Assembly (NCBI RefSeq): GCF_043558645.1 | Contig: NZ_JBIFXS010000001.1 | Coordinates: forward strand, 450,763-474,762 | Reading direction: 5' to 3' | Length of the DNA stretch: 24,000 nt | Source of the DNA: Mariniflexile sp. HNIBRBA6329 | GTDB lineage: Bacteria > Bacteroidota > Bacteroidia > Flavobacteriales > Flavobacteriaceae | Notes under the pieces: generated by a model | Told to the model about the DNA's origin: nothing | The model's database searches: none | What the model saw: only the letters and a program-made list of their open reading frames with translations | Position numbers and translations under genes: made by a program | Part shown: in pieces, positions 1 through 11,114 of the stretch | How the letters are laid out: each line of letters opens with the position of its first letter | How positions within the stretch are numbered: the first letter of the stretch is position 1

Positions 1-2
1 AT

Positions 3-434
3 AATTTCCCTGACGATAACGTAAATGGCGTAGAGGTTTCAAACTCATACATTAGAGTAGGCGCTTTAGAACCAAAATATGGCTCAAACCTTGTTGCAGG
101 TTTTTCTAACTACGGAAAGCAAAATGTTGATGTATTTGCACCAGGAGCCAAAATATATTCTACAACCCCTGAAAACGAATACGACACCAAAGGAGGCACC
201 TCAATGGCGGCCCCTGCGGTAGCTGGTGTTGCAGCATTAATTCGTTCTTACTATCCAAAATTAACAGCTGCTCAAGTAAAGCAAATTATTATGGAATCTG
301 GTTTGCCTATTAAAACAAAAGTGGTTGTTGGTGGCGATACCAATAATGTAAAACCATTTGCCGATTTATCTAAATCTGGCAGAATTGTTAATGCATATAA
401 CGCCTTCATTATGGCAGCTAAAATGTCTATGTAA
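3..434 (+). CDS. S8 family (subtilisin-like) serine peptidase, C-terminal part (5' truncated by window)
   Basis: Frame 3 is open from the window start: NFPDDNVNGVEVSNSYIRVGALEPKYGSNLVAGFSNYGKQNVDVFAPGAKIYSTTPENEYDTKGGTSMAAPAVAGVAALIRS. Contains the catalytic-Ser GTSMAAPxVAG motif. Confidence 0.95.
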   Translation, partial: NFPDDNVNGVEVSNSYIRVGALEPKYGSNLVAGFSNYGKQNVDVFAPGAKIYSTTPENEYDTKGGTSMAAPAVAGVAALIRSYYPKLTAAQVKQIIMESGLPIKTKVVVGGDTNNVKPFADLSKSGRIVNAYNAFIMAAKMSM

Positions 435-496
435 CTTAAAATTTATAGACATAAGTATTAAAATATTTTAGTTTCTCAAAAACTATAACCTTATTT

Positions 497-535
497 AAAA
501 TAGATTCTGAAAACTATATCAGAATCTATTTTTTT
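497..535 (+). terminator. Intrinsic terminator after the S8 peptidase gene
   Basis: AAATAGATTCTGA ... TCAGAATCTATTTTTTT: perfect 13-bp inverted repeat followed by a T-run. Confidence 0.85.
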
Positions 536-568
536 ATTATTTTCAAACAGTTATAAAAAGAAAAACAA

Positions 569-2401
569 ATGAAAAAATTAACTATTTCTATACTGTCTGT
601 TTTGGTGTTTTGGTCTTGTAACAGTGCACAACCCGTTACCACACCTTCACCATCACAAAACAATACAAATTCATGTTATTGGCAACAGCATGTAGATTAC
701 AAAATGGACATTGATATGGATGTAAACACCTATCAATACAAAGGCAAACAAACCTTGGTGTATACCAATAACTCGCCCGATATTTTAAACCGTGTGTATT
801 ATCACTTATATTTTAATGCTTTTCAACCGGGTAGTGAAATGGACGTTCGTTCTCGAACCATAGCTGACCCAGACCGCAGGGTTAAAGATCGTATTAGCAA
901 ACTGCAGCCAAACGAAATTGGTTATATCAAAGTAAATTCGTTAAAACAAAATGGCAAAACCATTAAGCACGAAACCGTTGGAACCGTTTTAGAAGTTGAT
1001 TTGGCAAAACCCATTCAACCGGGTGAAAGCGTTACTTTTGAAATGGATTTTGATGCCCAAGTACCTGTACAAATTCGTCGTTCCGGTAGAAACAATAAAG
1101 AAGGAGTAGCTTTATCAATGGCACAGTGGTACCCAAAAATAGCTGAATACGATTTTGAAGGCTGGCATGCACACCCCTATATTGGACGTGAATTCCATGG
1201 CGTATGGGGCAATTTTGATGTGAAAATTAATATCGATAAAAACTATATTATTGGTGGTACAGGTTATTTACAAAACCCTAACGAAATTGGTTATGGTTAC
1301 GAAACAGGCACTGTAACCAGACCAAATACCGATAAATTGACATGGCATTTTGTAGCGCCTAATGTACATGATTTTACTTGGGCTGCCGACCCCAATTATA
1401 TTCACGATACGATGCAGGTACCTAATGGCCCAATGCTTCACTTTCTTTATAAAAACACCATGTCCGATGAACAAAAGGACAACTGGAAACGCATACAACC
1501 TAAAGCTGTTGAATTCATGCAATATTTTAGCGACCTTGTAGGTAAGTATCCTTATAAACAGTATTCCATCATTCAAGGAGGCGATGGTGGTATGGAATAT
1601 GGTATGTGCACCCTTCTTTTGGGTGAAGGCACTTATGAAGGTATGATAAAAGGCACGATATCACATGAAATGGCTCATACTTGGTTTCAATTTTTATTGG
1701 CTAGCAACGAATCTAAACACCCATGGATGGATGAAGGTTTTTCTACATATATAGAATATAATGCCGTTAACAGTCTATTTAATGAAGGTAAGGAAAACCC
1801 TTTAGAAGAAGCTTATGAAGCCTATATATCCTTAGCCAAATCAGGTAGAGAACAACCCTTAACAACACAAGGCGACCGCTACGTTTATAATAGAGCCTAC
1901 AGTTTAGCATCATACTATAAAGGCGCTGTATTTTTAGCACAATTGGGCTATATTATGGGTGAAGAAAACTTAACAAAAACCATTAAAAAATATTTTGACG
2001 ACTTTGCTTTTAAACATCCTAAGCCATTGGATATTATCCGTACTGCAGAAAAAGTTTCAGGCTTAGAACTCGATTGGTATTTAACCGATTTTGCCCAAAC
2101 CACCAACACCATAGATTATGGTGTAAAAACTATTGAAAGCAACACCATTTCCTTAGAACGCATTGGCTTAATGCCCATGCCTATTGATGTAACCGTAACT
2201 TATACCGATGGTAAAACCGAAGATTTTTACATCCCATTACAAATGATGCGTGGTGAAAAACCAACCAAAGCTACGTTAATAAAAGATTGGGCTTGGGCAT
2301 ACCCTACCTACACTTTTGAAACCAAAAAAGCGGTAAAAAGTGTAGTAATAGACCCAAAAAATTTAATGGCGGATATTAATAAAGAAAATAACAGAAAGTA
2401 A
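569..2401 (+). CDS. M1 family metallopeptidase, putative lipoprotein
   Basis: HEMAHTWFQFLLASNESKHPWMDEGFSTYIEY (HExxH-x18-E zinc motif), GGMEYGM exopeptidase-like motif, N-terminal signal with a lipobox-like FWSC. Confidence 0.93.
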   Translation: MKKLTISILSVLVFWSCNSAQPVTTPSPSQNNTNSCYWQQHVDYKMDIDMDVNTYQYKGKQTLVYTNNSPDILNRVYYHLYFNAFQPGSEMDVRSRTIADPDRRVKDRISKLQPNEIGYIKVNSLKQNGKTIKHETVGTVLEVDLAKPIQPGESVTFEMDFDAQVPVQIRRSGRNNKEGVALSMAQWYPKIAEYDFEGWHAHPYIGREFHGVWGNFDVKINIDKNYIIGGTGYLQNPNEIGYGYETGTVTRPNTDKLTWHFVAPNVHDFTWAADPNYIHDTMQVPNGPMLHFLYKNTMSDEQKDNWKRIQPKAVEFMQYFSDLVGKYPYKQYSIIQGGDGGMEYGMCTLLLGEGTYEGMIKGTISHEMAHTWFQFLLASNESKHPWMDEGFSTYIEYNAVNSLFNEGKENPLEEAYEAYISLAKSGREQPLTTQGDRYVYNRAYSLASYYKGAVFLAQLGYIMGEENLTKTIKKYFDDFAFKHPKPLDIIRTAEKVSGLELDWYLTDFAQTTNTIDYGVKTIESNTISLERIGLMPMPIDVTVTYTDGKTEDFYIPLQMMRGEKPTKATLIKDWAWAYPTYTFETKKAVKSVVIDPKNLMADINKENNRK

Positions 2402-2461
2402 TTAAAATTGTTTTCAAATAAACTTGGTGTTATTGATGCTCTCCACAAAATTTATTATTGA

Positions 2462-2469
2462 TATATTTG
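2462..2469 (+). promoter_or_regulatory. Bacteroidetes-type -7 element (TATATTTG) upstream of the DUF3826-like gene
   Basis: Matches TAnnTTTG; 30 nt upstream of the ATG at 2500. No convincing -33 TTG at ideal spacing. Confidence 0.4.
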
Positions 2470-2499
2470 AAATTAAACAGAACTTAACAAATAATTAAA

Positions 2500-3165
2500 A
2501 TGGAGATATTAATTAAGAATATCAAAAAACAAATAGCCTTATTTACACTATTTTTATTAACGGCAAGCGTTTGTGTTGCTCAACAAAACGAAGAAGCTAA
2601 ATTAATAGAAAAAGCTGGTAACTGGGTTGCAGAATTAAATCTCAATAATAAAGAAAAGGAAATACAGGTAACCGAAGATATATCAACACATTTAATAGCG
2701 GTACGTAATTGGCACAACAGTCACCCGTTTGATAGTGTTCCTGCAGGTATTAATCCAGTAACCGGTCAACCCTTATCGGAGTTAGACCGCTCCATTATCG
2801 CCGATTCAGCAATGCCTAATTCTGTACATGAGGCACTTATGGCAGGACTCAAAGCAAACCTTAACGATAACCAAATTGAGGCTATTCTAGATAAATATAC
2901 CATTGGCAAAGTGGCGTTTACCTTAAAAGGATATCATGCAATAGTTACTGATCTCACAGAAGAAGAAGAATCTATTATATTAAAAAACCTAAAAGAAGCT
3001 CGAGAAATAGCTGTGGATTTTAAAAATATGAAGCAAATCTCGGCCATTTTTGAAATTTATAAAACCAAAAACGAACAATATTTAAACTCTAATGGAAGAA
3101 GTTGGAGACAATTGTATAAAGATTATGGAAAGCGTATGAAAGCTGAAAAAGCTAAAAAAAACTAA
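2500..3165 (+). CDS. DUF3826-like secreted protein
   Basis: Signal peptide followed by an AEDWV-like start, then 'LIAVRNWHNSHP' and 'YTIGKVAFTLKGYHAIVTDLTEEEE', which I recognise as typical of the DUF3826 family. Family recalled, not searched. Confidence 0.7.
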   Translation: MEILIKNIKKQIALFTLFLLTASVCVAQQNEEAKLIEKAGNWVAELNLNNKEKEIQVTEDISTHLIAVRNWHNSHPFDSVPAGINPVTGQPLSELDRSIIADSAMPNSVHEALMAGLKANLNDNQIEAILDKYTIGKVAFTLKGYHAIVTDLTEEEESIILKNLKEAREIAVDFKNMKQISAIFEIYKTKNEQYLNSNGRSWRQLYKDYGKRMKAEKAKKN

Positions 3166-3194
3166 CTTTTTAATAAATAACTCAATCATATTCT

Positions 3195-3224
3195 AAAGCC
3201 TTCTTTGTATTAAGAAGGCTTTTT
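3195..3224 (+). terminator. Intrinsic terminator after the DUF3826-like gene
   Basis: AAAGCCTTCTT...AAGAAGGCTTTTT: 11-bp perfect stem plus T-run. Confidence 0.9.
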
Positions 3225-3278
3225 GTATAGATTTCTATCTTTTTTTAGAAAAAATTACAATACACCCTTATTTTTTTA

Positions 3279-3286
3279 TACATTCG
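3279..3286 (+). promoter_or_regulatory. Putative -7 element (TACATTCG) for the TPP riboswitch/thi operon
   Basis: TAnnTTyG-like; places transcription start at about 3291-3293, just at the 5' edge of riboswitch helix P1. Confidence 0.45.
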
Positions 3287-3293
3287 CTCTGTA

Positions 3294-3373
3294 AACTTTA
3301 GGGGTGTTCTACTTTAAGAACTGAGATATACCCTTTGAACCTGATACGGTTAGTACCGTCGAAGGGAAAAGTT
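3294..3373 (+). ncRNA. TPP riboswitch (THI element)
   Basis: AACTTtaGGGGTGttct...aCTGAGAtataCCCtttGAACCTGATacGGttAgtaCCgtcGaaGGGAAaAGTT. Conserved CTGAGA and ACCTGAT...GGGAA cores, P1 AACTT/AAGTT, immediately upstream of thiS/thiC. Confidence 0.95.
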
Positions 3374-3411
3374 GAATAATACATTGCAATATGTATTAGC
3401 AATTCTTTTCT

Positions 3412-3446
3412 AAAATAAAACTCACCAACACTGAGTTTATTTTTTT
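3412..3446 (+). terminator. Putative expression-platform terminator of the TPP riboswitch
   Basis: AAAATAAAACTCA ccaacac TGAGTTTATTTTTTT: 7-bp core stem extended through a 1-nt bulge and followed by a T-run, between the aptamer and thiS. Confidence 0.65.
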
Positions 3447-3495
3447 CAAACATTTAGATACTTCTACAGTTTACAATAATTAAAAACTATTGTGA

Positions 3496-5615
<2,120 letters not shown>

Positions 5616-5654
5616 AAAACCAATGAATAATCCGTCAACTTAAAACAGAAGCAA

Positions 5655-6245
5655 ATGATTGTTCTTATTGCTCCAGAAGAAGATATACCAAATGAAATTG
5701 ACATACTTAACAAGCTGTTTAAAAACGGGTTGCTCTATTACCATTTAAGAAAACCAAATAAAGATTTTAAAGAGCATTCCGAATATTTAAATAAAATAGA
5801 ACCGGAATACCATAATAGAATTGTAGTTCACTATTTTCACGAATTGGTAAATAGTTTTGACCTAAAAGGAATTCATTTTCAAGAACAAAAAAGAATAGAC
5901 CATATTGATAATCCGGGGCAATATTTTAAAAACCTAAACATGTTTGGAAAAACAATAAGTTCATCGTTTCATGAACCAGAAACTTTAAGTGCTTGTTACT
6001 TTGAGTTCGATTACCATTTGCTAAGTCCGGTATTTTCATCACTATCAAAAGAAGGGTATGAAGGTCGGGGTTTTGATGTAAACCATATTAACAAAACTAT
6101 TGTGGGCATGGGAGGTGTAACGAACGAAAATTTAGACTGCTTTAAAAAATTAGGTTATAAAGGAGTAGGCATTTTAGGTAGCATTTGGAACACCGAAAAT
6201 CCAGTTGAAAGTTTCAATAAAATAAAAAACAGTTATAAAATATAA
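5655..6245 (+). CDS. Thiamine phosphate synthase-like (ThiE/TenI family) paralog
   Basis: TIM-barrel-like pattern: LLYYHLRKPN...IVVHYFHELVNSFDLKGIHF...GMGGVTNENLDCFKKLGYKGVGILGSIW; weaker conservation than ThiE at 7014. Confidence 0.75.
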   Translation: MIVLIAPEEDIPNEIDILNKLFKNGLLYYHLRKPNKDFKEHSEYLNKIEPEYHNRIVVHYFHELVNSFDLKGIHFQEQKRIDHIDNPGQYFKNLNMFGKTISSSFHEPETLSACYFEFDYHLLSPVFSSLSKEGYEGRGFDVNHINKTIVGMGGVTNENLDCFKKLGYKGVGILGSIWNTENPVESFNKIKNSYKI

Positions 6246-6255
6246 TTCTAACGTA

Positions 6256-7017
6256 TTGCAACCAAAACCATACATAATAACCATAGGTGGCTTAGACCCC
6301 TCTAGTGGAGCAGGCATTACTTCGGATATTAAAACATTTGAAACTTACGGGCTCTATGGGTTATCGGTTTGTACAGCGGTTACTGTTCAAGACGATGCGT
6401 CTTTTAAACAGTGCGAATGGGTAAGACCACAGGTTGTAATAAATCAATTAGAAGTTCTATTGAATCGTTTTCCTGTTAGTGTCATAAAAATAGGCATAGT
6501 AGAGCATTGGAAAACACTTCATAACATTATCGAAAAAATAAAAGCACTAAAACCCGAAATAAAAATAATAGTAGATCCTATTTTAAAAGCCAGTGCCGGG
6601 TTCGATTTTCACCATAAAGAAAGCATAAACTATTTTGATAACATTTTAGATAAATGCTACCTTTTTACACCTAATTATAACGAAATAAAAGGTTTGTACC
6701 CAGAAAAATCTATTGAAGATACCATTTCTTATATTTCTAAAAAATCAAACATCTATTTAAAAGGCGGTCATAGAACCGATAAAAAAGGCTGGGATGAATT
6801 GTACTATGGCGGTATCGTTCAAATAAACATAGAACCCATAGCTGATAAAATTTATGAAAAACACGGAAGTGGTTGTGTATTAGCTGCTGCCATAGCTTCA
6901 AATTTAGTAAAAAACATGCATTTGGAAGATGCTTGTAGGCAAGCAAAATACTATACCGAACAGTTTTTAAACTCAAATACATCCTTATTAGGACACCATA
7001 ATTACCAAAACACATGA
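6256..7017 (+). CDS. thiD: Hydroxymethylpyrimidine/phosphomethylpyrimidine kinase ThiD
   Basis: TIGGLDPSSGAGITSDIKTFETYGLYGLSVCTAVTVQ, KIGIV, VDPILKASAG, KGGH, HGSGCVLAAAIASNL. Annotated start is TTG at 6256. Confidence 0.92.
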   Translation: MQPKPYIITIGGLDPSSGAGITSDIKTFETYGLYGLSVCTAVTVQDDASFKQCEWVRPQVVINQLEVLLNRFPVSVIKIGIVEHWKTLHNIIEKIKALKPEIKIIVDPILKASAGFDFHHKESINYFDNILDKCYLFTPNYNEIKGLYPEKSIEDTISYISKKSNIYLKGGHRTDKKGWDELYYGGIVQINIEPIADKIYEKHGSGCVLAAAIASNLVKNMHLEDACRQAKYYTEQFLNSNTSLLGHHNYQNT

Positions 7018-7667
7018 TAAGTAAATTACATTATATATCGCAAGGCGAAACACCTAGACAACATTTAGAAAACATACAAAAAGCATGTACTTCTGGAGCA
7101 GAATTAGTGCAATTACGTCTTAAAAATATAGACCTTAAAACCATTTTTGAAACCGCACTACAAGCTAGAGAAATAACCTCCCATTTTCAAACACGATTAA
7201 TAATAAACGATCATTATAAAATAGCTCGAGAAGTGAAAGCGGACGGTGTTCATTTAGGAAAAACCGATGCTTGCCCTTTAGAAGCAAAAAGCTATTTAGG
7301 AAAATTTTACAGTGTAGGAGGTACTGCAAATACACTTGAAGATTGCAAAAGATTAATTGAAAAAAAGGTAGATTATATTGGCCTAGGACCTTTTAAATTC
7401 ACTGAAACGAAAACCAATTTAAGTCCAGTTTTGGGTATTCTAGGCTACCAAACCATTATTGATGCTTTGCAAACAAAAACCCCCATAATTGCCATTGGAG
7501 GGATTATGGTATCTGACGTTCCTGAATTATTAAAAACAGGAATTTATGGCGTTGCAGCATCGGGAGAAATTACCAAAAACTTTAATAATATAAGTACTTT
7601 CAACACGCTCTTAAAAGCACCTTCAACAAACGAACAGGTATGGAAAGTCAATTTAAAAACAGAGTAG
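7014..7667 (+). CDS. thiE: Thiamine phosphate synthase ThiE
   Basis: [56 protein letters not shown]. Overlaps the thiD stop by 4 nt. Confidence 0.95.
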   Translation: MISKLHYISQGETPRQHLENIQKACTSGAELVQLRLKNIDLKTIFETALQAREITSHFQTRLIINDHYKIAREVKADGVHLGKTDACPLEAKSYLGKFYSVGGTANTLEDCKRLIEKKVDYIGLGPFKFTETKTNLSPVLGILGYQTIIDALQTKTPIIAIGGIMVSDVPELLKTGIYGVAASGEITKNFNNISTFNTLLKAPSTNEQVWKVNLKTE

Positions 7668-7671
7668 CAGT

Positions 7672-8442
7672 ATGGATGATATACTTAGAATAGCAAATAA
7701 AACCTTTATGTCTAGATTATTTACTGGCACAGGAAAATTTAGCAGCACAGCACTTATGCGAGATGCCATTATAGCATCAGAAAGTGAATTAGCCACCGTT
7801 GCATTAAAACGAGTGGATGTTAACAACGAATCTGATGACATGTTAACACATTTAAATCATGTTAATTTATTACCAAACACCTCTGGAGTAAGAACTGCAA
7901 AAGAAGCTATTTTTGCGGCCCAATTAGCTAGAGAAGCCTTAAATACCAATTGGATAAAATTAGAAATTCATCCAGATCCAAAATATTTATTACCAGACCC
8001 CATAGAAACTCTAAAAGCAGCCAAAGCATTAGTGAAATTAGGTTTTATTGTGATGCCATATATACATGCTGACCCTGTTCTATGCAAACGTTTGGAAGAT
8101 GTAGGTACACAATGCGTTATGCCACTTGGTGCTCCAATAGGCAGTAATAAAGGGATAAAAACCGTCGATTTTTTAAAAATAATTATAGAACAAAGTAATG
8201 TGCCTGTTATTGTTGATGCTGGTATTGGAGCACCATCACATGCCGCGTATGCTATGGAATTAGGAGCCGATGCCGTTTTAGTAAATACCGCCATTGCTGT
8301 GTCTCAAAACCCAGTTGAAATGGCTATCGCATTTAAAATGGCTGTAAAAGCAGGCAGAATGGCTTATAATGCAAAAATGGCTCCCATAAAAAACCACGCC
8401 GATGCCAGTAGTCCGCTTACTTCTTTTTTAAATGAAACGTAA
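7672..8442 (+). CDS. thiG: Thiazole synthase ThiG
   Basis: [79 protein letters not shown]. Confidence 0.97.
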   Translation: MDDILRIANKTFMSRLFTGTGKFSSTALMRDAIIASESELATVALKRVDVNNESDDMLTHLNHVNLLPNTSGVRTAKEAIFAAQLAREALNTNWIKLEIHPDPKYLLPDPIETLKAAKALVKLGFIVMPYIHADPVLCKRLEDVGTQCVMPLGAPIGSNKGIKTVDFLKIIIEQSNVPVIVDAGIGAPSHAAYAMELGADAVLVNTAIAVSQNPVEMAIAFKMAVKAGRMAYNAKMAPIKNHADASSPLTSFLNET

Positions 8443-8465
8443 TAAACAAATTAAAAAAGCTTCAA

Positions 8466-9575
8466 ATGTCATTTAAAAACACCTTTTATAATTACGATTG
8501 GTCAACCATAGAAAACGAAATTTATACCGTTACGCCCGATGCTGTTGAAAAAGTGCTTCAAAAAGCGCATATAACTTTAGACGAATTTAAAATATTAATT
8601 TCTCCTGCAGCAAAACCATATATTGAACAAATGGCACAACGCAGTAGTATATTAACCAAAAAGCGTTTTGGCAATACCATGCAAATGTATATTCCCATGT
8701 ACCTGTCCAACGAATGTCAAAACATTTGTACTTACTGTGGTTTTAGTATGACTAATAAAATTCCGAGAAAAACATTGAGTGATGCCGAAATTTTAAAAGA
8801 AGCTCATTATATAAAAAACTTAGGGTACGATCATATTTTACTGGTTACGGGAGAAGCCAATAAAACTGTAGGAGTAGACTATATAAAACATGCTATAAAT
8901 TTAATCAACACTCACTTTTCTAATATTAGTATAGAGGTGCAACCTTTAGATCAGGAAGAATACGAATTACTCATAGAAGCAGGTTTATATGCCGTTTTAG
9001 TATACCAAGAAACCTACCATGAAGCAACCTATAAAGAACATCATCCTAAAGGAAAAAAATCTAATTTTCATTATAGATTGGATACCCCCGACAGACTTGG
9101 AAAAGCCGGAATACACAAAATAGGCTTAGGTTCATTATTTGGTTTGGAAGATTGGCGTGTAGATAGTTTTTATACAGCATTACATTTAAAATATTTACAA
9201 AAGACCTATTGGAAAACAAAGTACTCCATTTCATTTCCAAGGTTACGCCCTCACTCTGGTGGTTTAGAGCCTAAAGTAGAAATGACCGATGCAGACTTAG
9301 TACAACTAATTTGTGCATACAGATTGCTTGATGAAGATGTAGAACTATCCTTATCCACTCGCGAAAATGAAGTTTTTAGAAACAATATTGTGAATTTGGG
9401 AATCACATCTATTAGTGCAGAATCGAAAACAAATCCTGGGGGTTATAGTGTAGAACCACAGTCCTTAGAACAATTTGAAATTTCAGATGAGCGTTCTACA
9501 ACCGACATAAAAAACATGCTTCAATCGCAAGGCTTTGAGGTAGTTTGGAAAGATTGGACCAATAATTGGCAATGA
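8466..9575 (+). CDS. thiH: 2-iminoacetate synthase ThiH (radical SAM)
   Basis: Radical SAM motif CQNICTYCGF, LVTGEANKTVGVDYI, SFPRLRPHSGG; C-terminal SKTNPGGY. Confidence 0.96.
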   Translation: MSFKNTFYNYDWSTIENEIYTVTPDAVEKVLQKAHITLDEFKILISPAAKPYIEQMAQRSSILTKKRFGNTMQMYIPMYLSNECQNICTYCGFSMTNKIPRKTLSDAEILKEAHYIKNLGYDHILLVTGEANKTVGVDYIKHAINLINTHFSNISIEVQPLDQEEYELLIEAGLYAVLVYQETYHEATYKEHHPKGKKSNFHYRLDTPDRLGKAGIHKIGLGSLFGLEDWRVDSFYTALHLKYLQKTYWKTKYSISFPRLRPHSGGLEPKVEMTDADLVQLICAYRLLDEDVELSLSTRENEVFRNNIVNLGITSISAESKTNPGGYSVEPQSLEQFEISDERSTTDIKNMLQSQGFEVVWKDWTNNWQ

Positions 9576-9594
9576 TAAAATTAAGTTTATAAAA

Positions 9595-10659
9595 ATGCTT
9601 AGCAAAGAAGAAGAAAAACAATATAGTAGACATCTTATTTTAGACGAAATTGGTAATGCTGGACAATTAAAATTAAAACAAGCCAAGGTTTTAATGGTTG
9701 GTGCTGGAGGTTTAGGTTGCCCCATACTACAATATTTAACAGCTGCCGGTGTTGGTACTATTGGAATTATAGACCTCGATTGTGTAGATCAAAGCAATTT
9801 ACAGCGCCAAATTTTGTATACATATAATGATATTGGCAAGTATAAAGCTAAAGTTGCTGCAACCAGATTATCACAATTAAACCCATTTATAACTTTTAAA
9901 ACGTATGTAGAACCACTTACCAAAGAAAATGCCATCAACATATTTAAAAACTTTGATGTTATAGTAGATGGAAGCGATAATTTCCCTACGCGCTATTTGG
10001 TTAACGATGCTGCAGTTTTAACAAATAAGCCCTTGGTTTTTGGTTCTATTTTTAAATTTGAAGGACAAGTTTCCGTGTTTAATTACAAAAATGGCCCCAC
10101 ATATAGATGCTTATTTCCAACCCCACCAAAATCAGCATCAGTTCCAAATTGCTCAGAAATTGGCGTACTAGGTGTTTTACCAGGCATCATTGGTGTACTT
10201 CAAGCAAACGAAGTTTTAAAAATAATTTGCGAGATGGGTACGGTTTTATCTGGAAAACTATTGGCATTTAATGCGCTTTCCTTACAACAAAGCCTGTTTA
10301 ATTTTGAAAAAAATCCAGCTGTAAACATAACATCACTAGAAAAAAACTATAAAACTTTCTGTAGGGTTCTTAATTCAATTAATGAAATAACGTACAGCGA
10401 CTACAAAAAACATCCCGAAAATTATAATTTATTAGATGTTAGAAACTTATTGGAACGTAAACACCATAATATTGGCGGTATTCATATTCCCTTAAATGAA
10501 CTTTTAAATAAGTTAGATGAAATTCCTTTAAACAAACCCTTAATTGTGTATTGTAAATCTGGCATACGCAGTAAAAAAGCTATTGAGATATTAACAAATA
10601 ATGCTATAAAAATAGATCTCATAAATTTAAAGGACGGCCTAATAAACAGTTCATTTTAA
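9595..10659 (+). CDS. ThiF/MoeB/HesA family adenylyltransferase with C-terminal rhodanese domain
   Basis: YSRHLILDEIGNAGQLKLKQAKVLMVGAGGLGCPILQYLTAAGVGTIGIIDLDCVDQSNLQRQ (E1-like) plus rhodanese domain LLDVRNLLERKHHNIGGIHIPL...IVYCKSGIRSKKA. Confidence 0.93.
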   Translation: MLSKEEEKQYSRHLILDEIGNAGQLKLKQAKVLMVGAGGLGCPILQYLTAAGVGTIGIIDLDCVDQSNLQRQILYTYNDIGKYKAKVAATRLSQLNPFITFKTYVEPLTKENAINIFKNFDVIVDGSDNFPTRYLVNDAAVLTNKPLVFGSIFKFEGQVSVFNYKNGPTYRCLFPTPPKSASVPNCSEIGVLGVLPGIIGVLQANEVLKIICEMGTVLSGKLLAFNALSLQQSLFNFEKNPAVNITSLEKNYKTFCRVLNSINEITYSDYKKHPENYNLLDVRNLLERKHHNIGGIHIPLNELLNKLDEIPLNKPLIVYCKSGIRSKKAIEILTNNAIKIDLINLKDGLINSSF

Positions 10660-10691
10660 TTTTATTGGTTTTTTTATGTTAGTTTCATTCT

Positions 10692-10699
10692 TACCTTTG
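10692..10699 (+). promoter_or_regulatory. Bacteroidetes-type -7 element (TACCTTTG) for rnpA
   Basis: Exact TAnnTTTG match, 15 nt upstream of the rnpA ATG (first base 10692 to 10707). Confidence 0.55.
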
Positions 10700-10706
10700 G
10701 CTTTCT

Positions 10707-11114
10707 ATGGCACAAACATTTCCAAAAAAAGAAAAACTAAAAAGCAAAAAGCTTATCGAGCAATTGTTTGCCACTGGGCAATCAGTTTCGGCGTTTCCTT
10801 TGCGTTTGGTTTTTTTACCTACTGCTTTTGATGATGGTGTTATAGCGAAAACAGGCGTTTCGGTTAGTAAACGCTATTTTAAAACCGCGGTAGACAGGAA
10901 CCGTATAAAACGTTTGATGCGAGAGATTTACCGACTAAATAAAGCCACGTATTTTAACAACATTACAACACAATATGCGTTTATGATTTTGTACATTGGC
11001 AAAGATAAACCTACTTTAACCCAAGTTGAAACCCGAATGAACCACCTTTTTGAGAAGTTTTTAAACAAGGTTTCTGAAACTGAAAAATTAAATAGTGATG
11101 AACAAATTACTTAA
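10707..11114 (+). CDS. rnpA: Ribonuclease P protein component
   Basis: TFPKKEKLKSKKLIEQLF...GVSVSKRYFKTAVDRNRIKRLMREIYR (RNR motif). Confidence 0.93.
   Translation: MAQTFPKKEKLKSKKLIEQLFATGQSVSAFPLRLVFLPTAFDDGVIAKTGVSVSKRYFKTAVDRNRIKRLMREIYRLNKATYFNNITTQYAFMILYIGKDKPTLTQVETRMNHLFEKFLNKVSETEKLNSDEQIT

Noticed and set aside
7968-8294. Minus-strand ORF opposite thiG (108 aa), and similar antisense ORFs at 1268-1576, 4232-4453, 5411-5713, 6737-7015, 13059-13379 and 16663-16911
   Set aside because: Shadow ORFs opposite strongly conserved coding genes; no family resemblance and low-complexity or mirror composition.
11095-11114. Overlap of the rnpA 3' end with the S41 peptidase start
   Set aside because: A short overlap of this kind is ordinary translational coupling, and I recall rnpA-S41 adjacency as common in Flavobacteriaceae.
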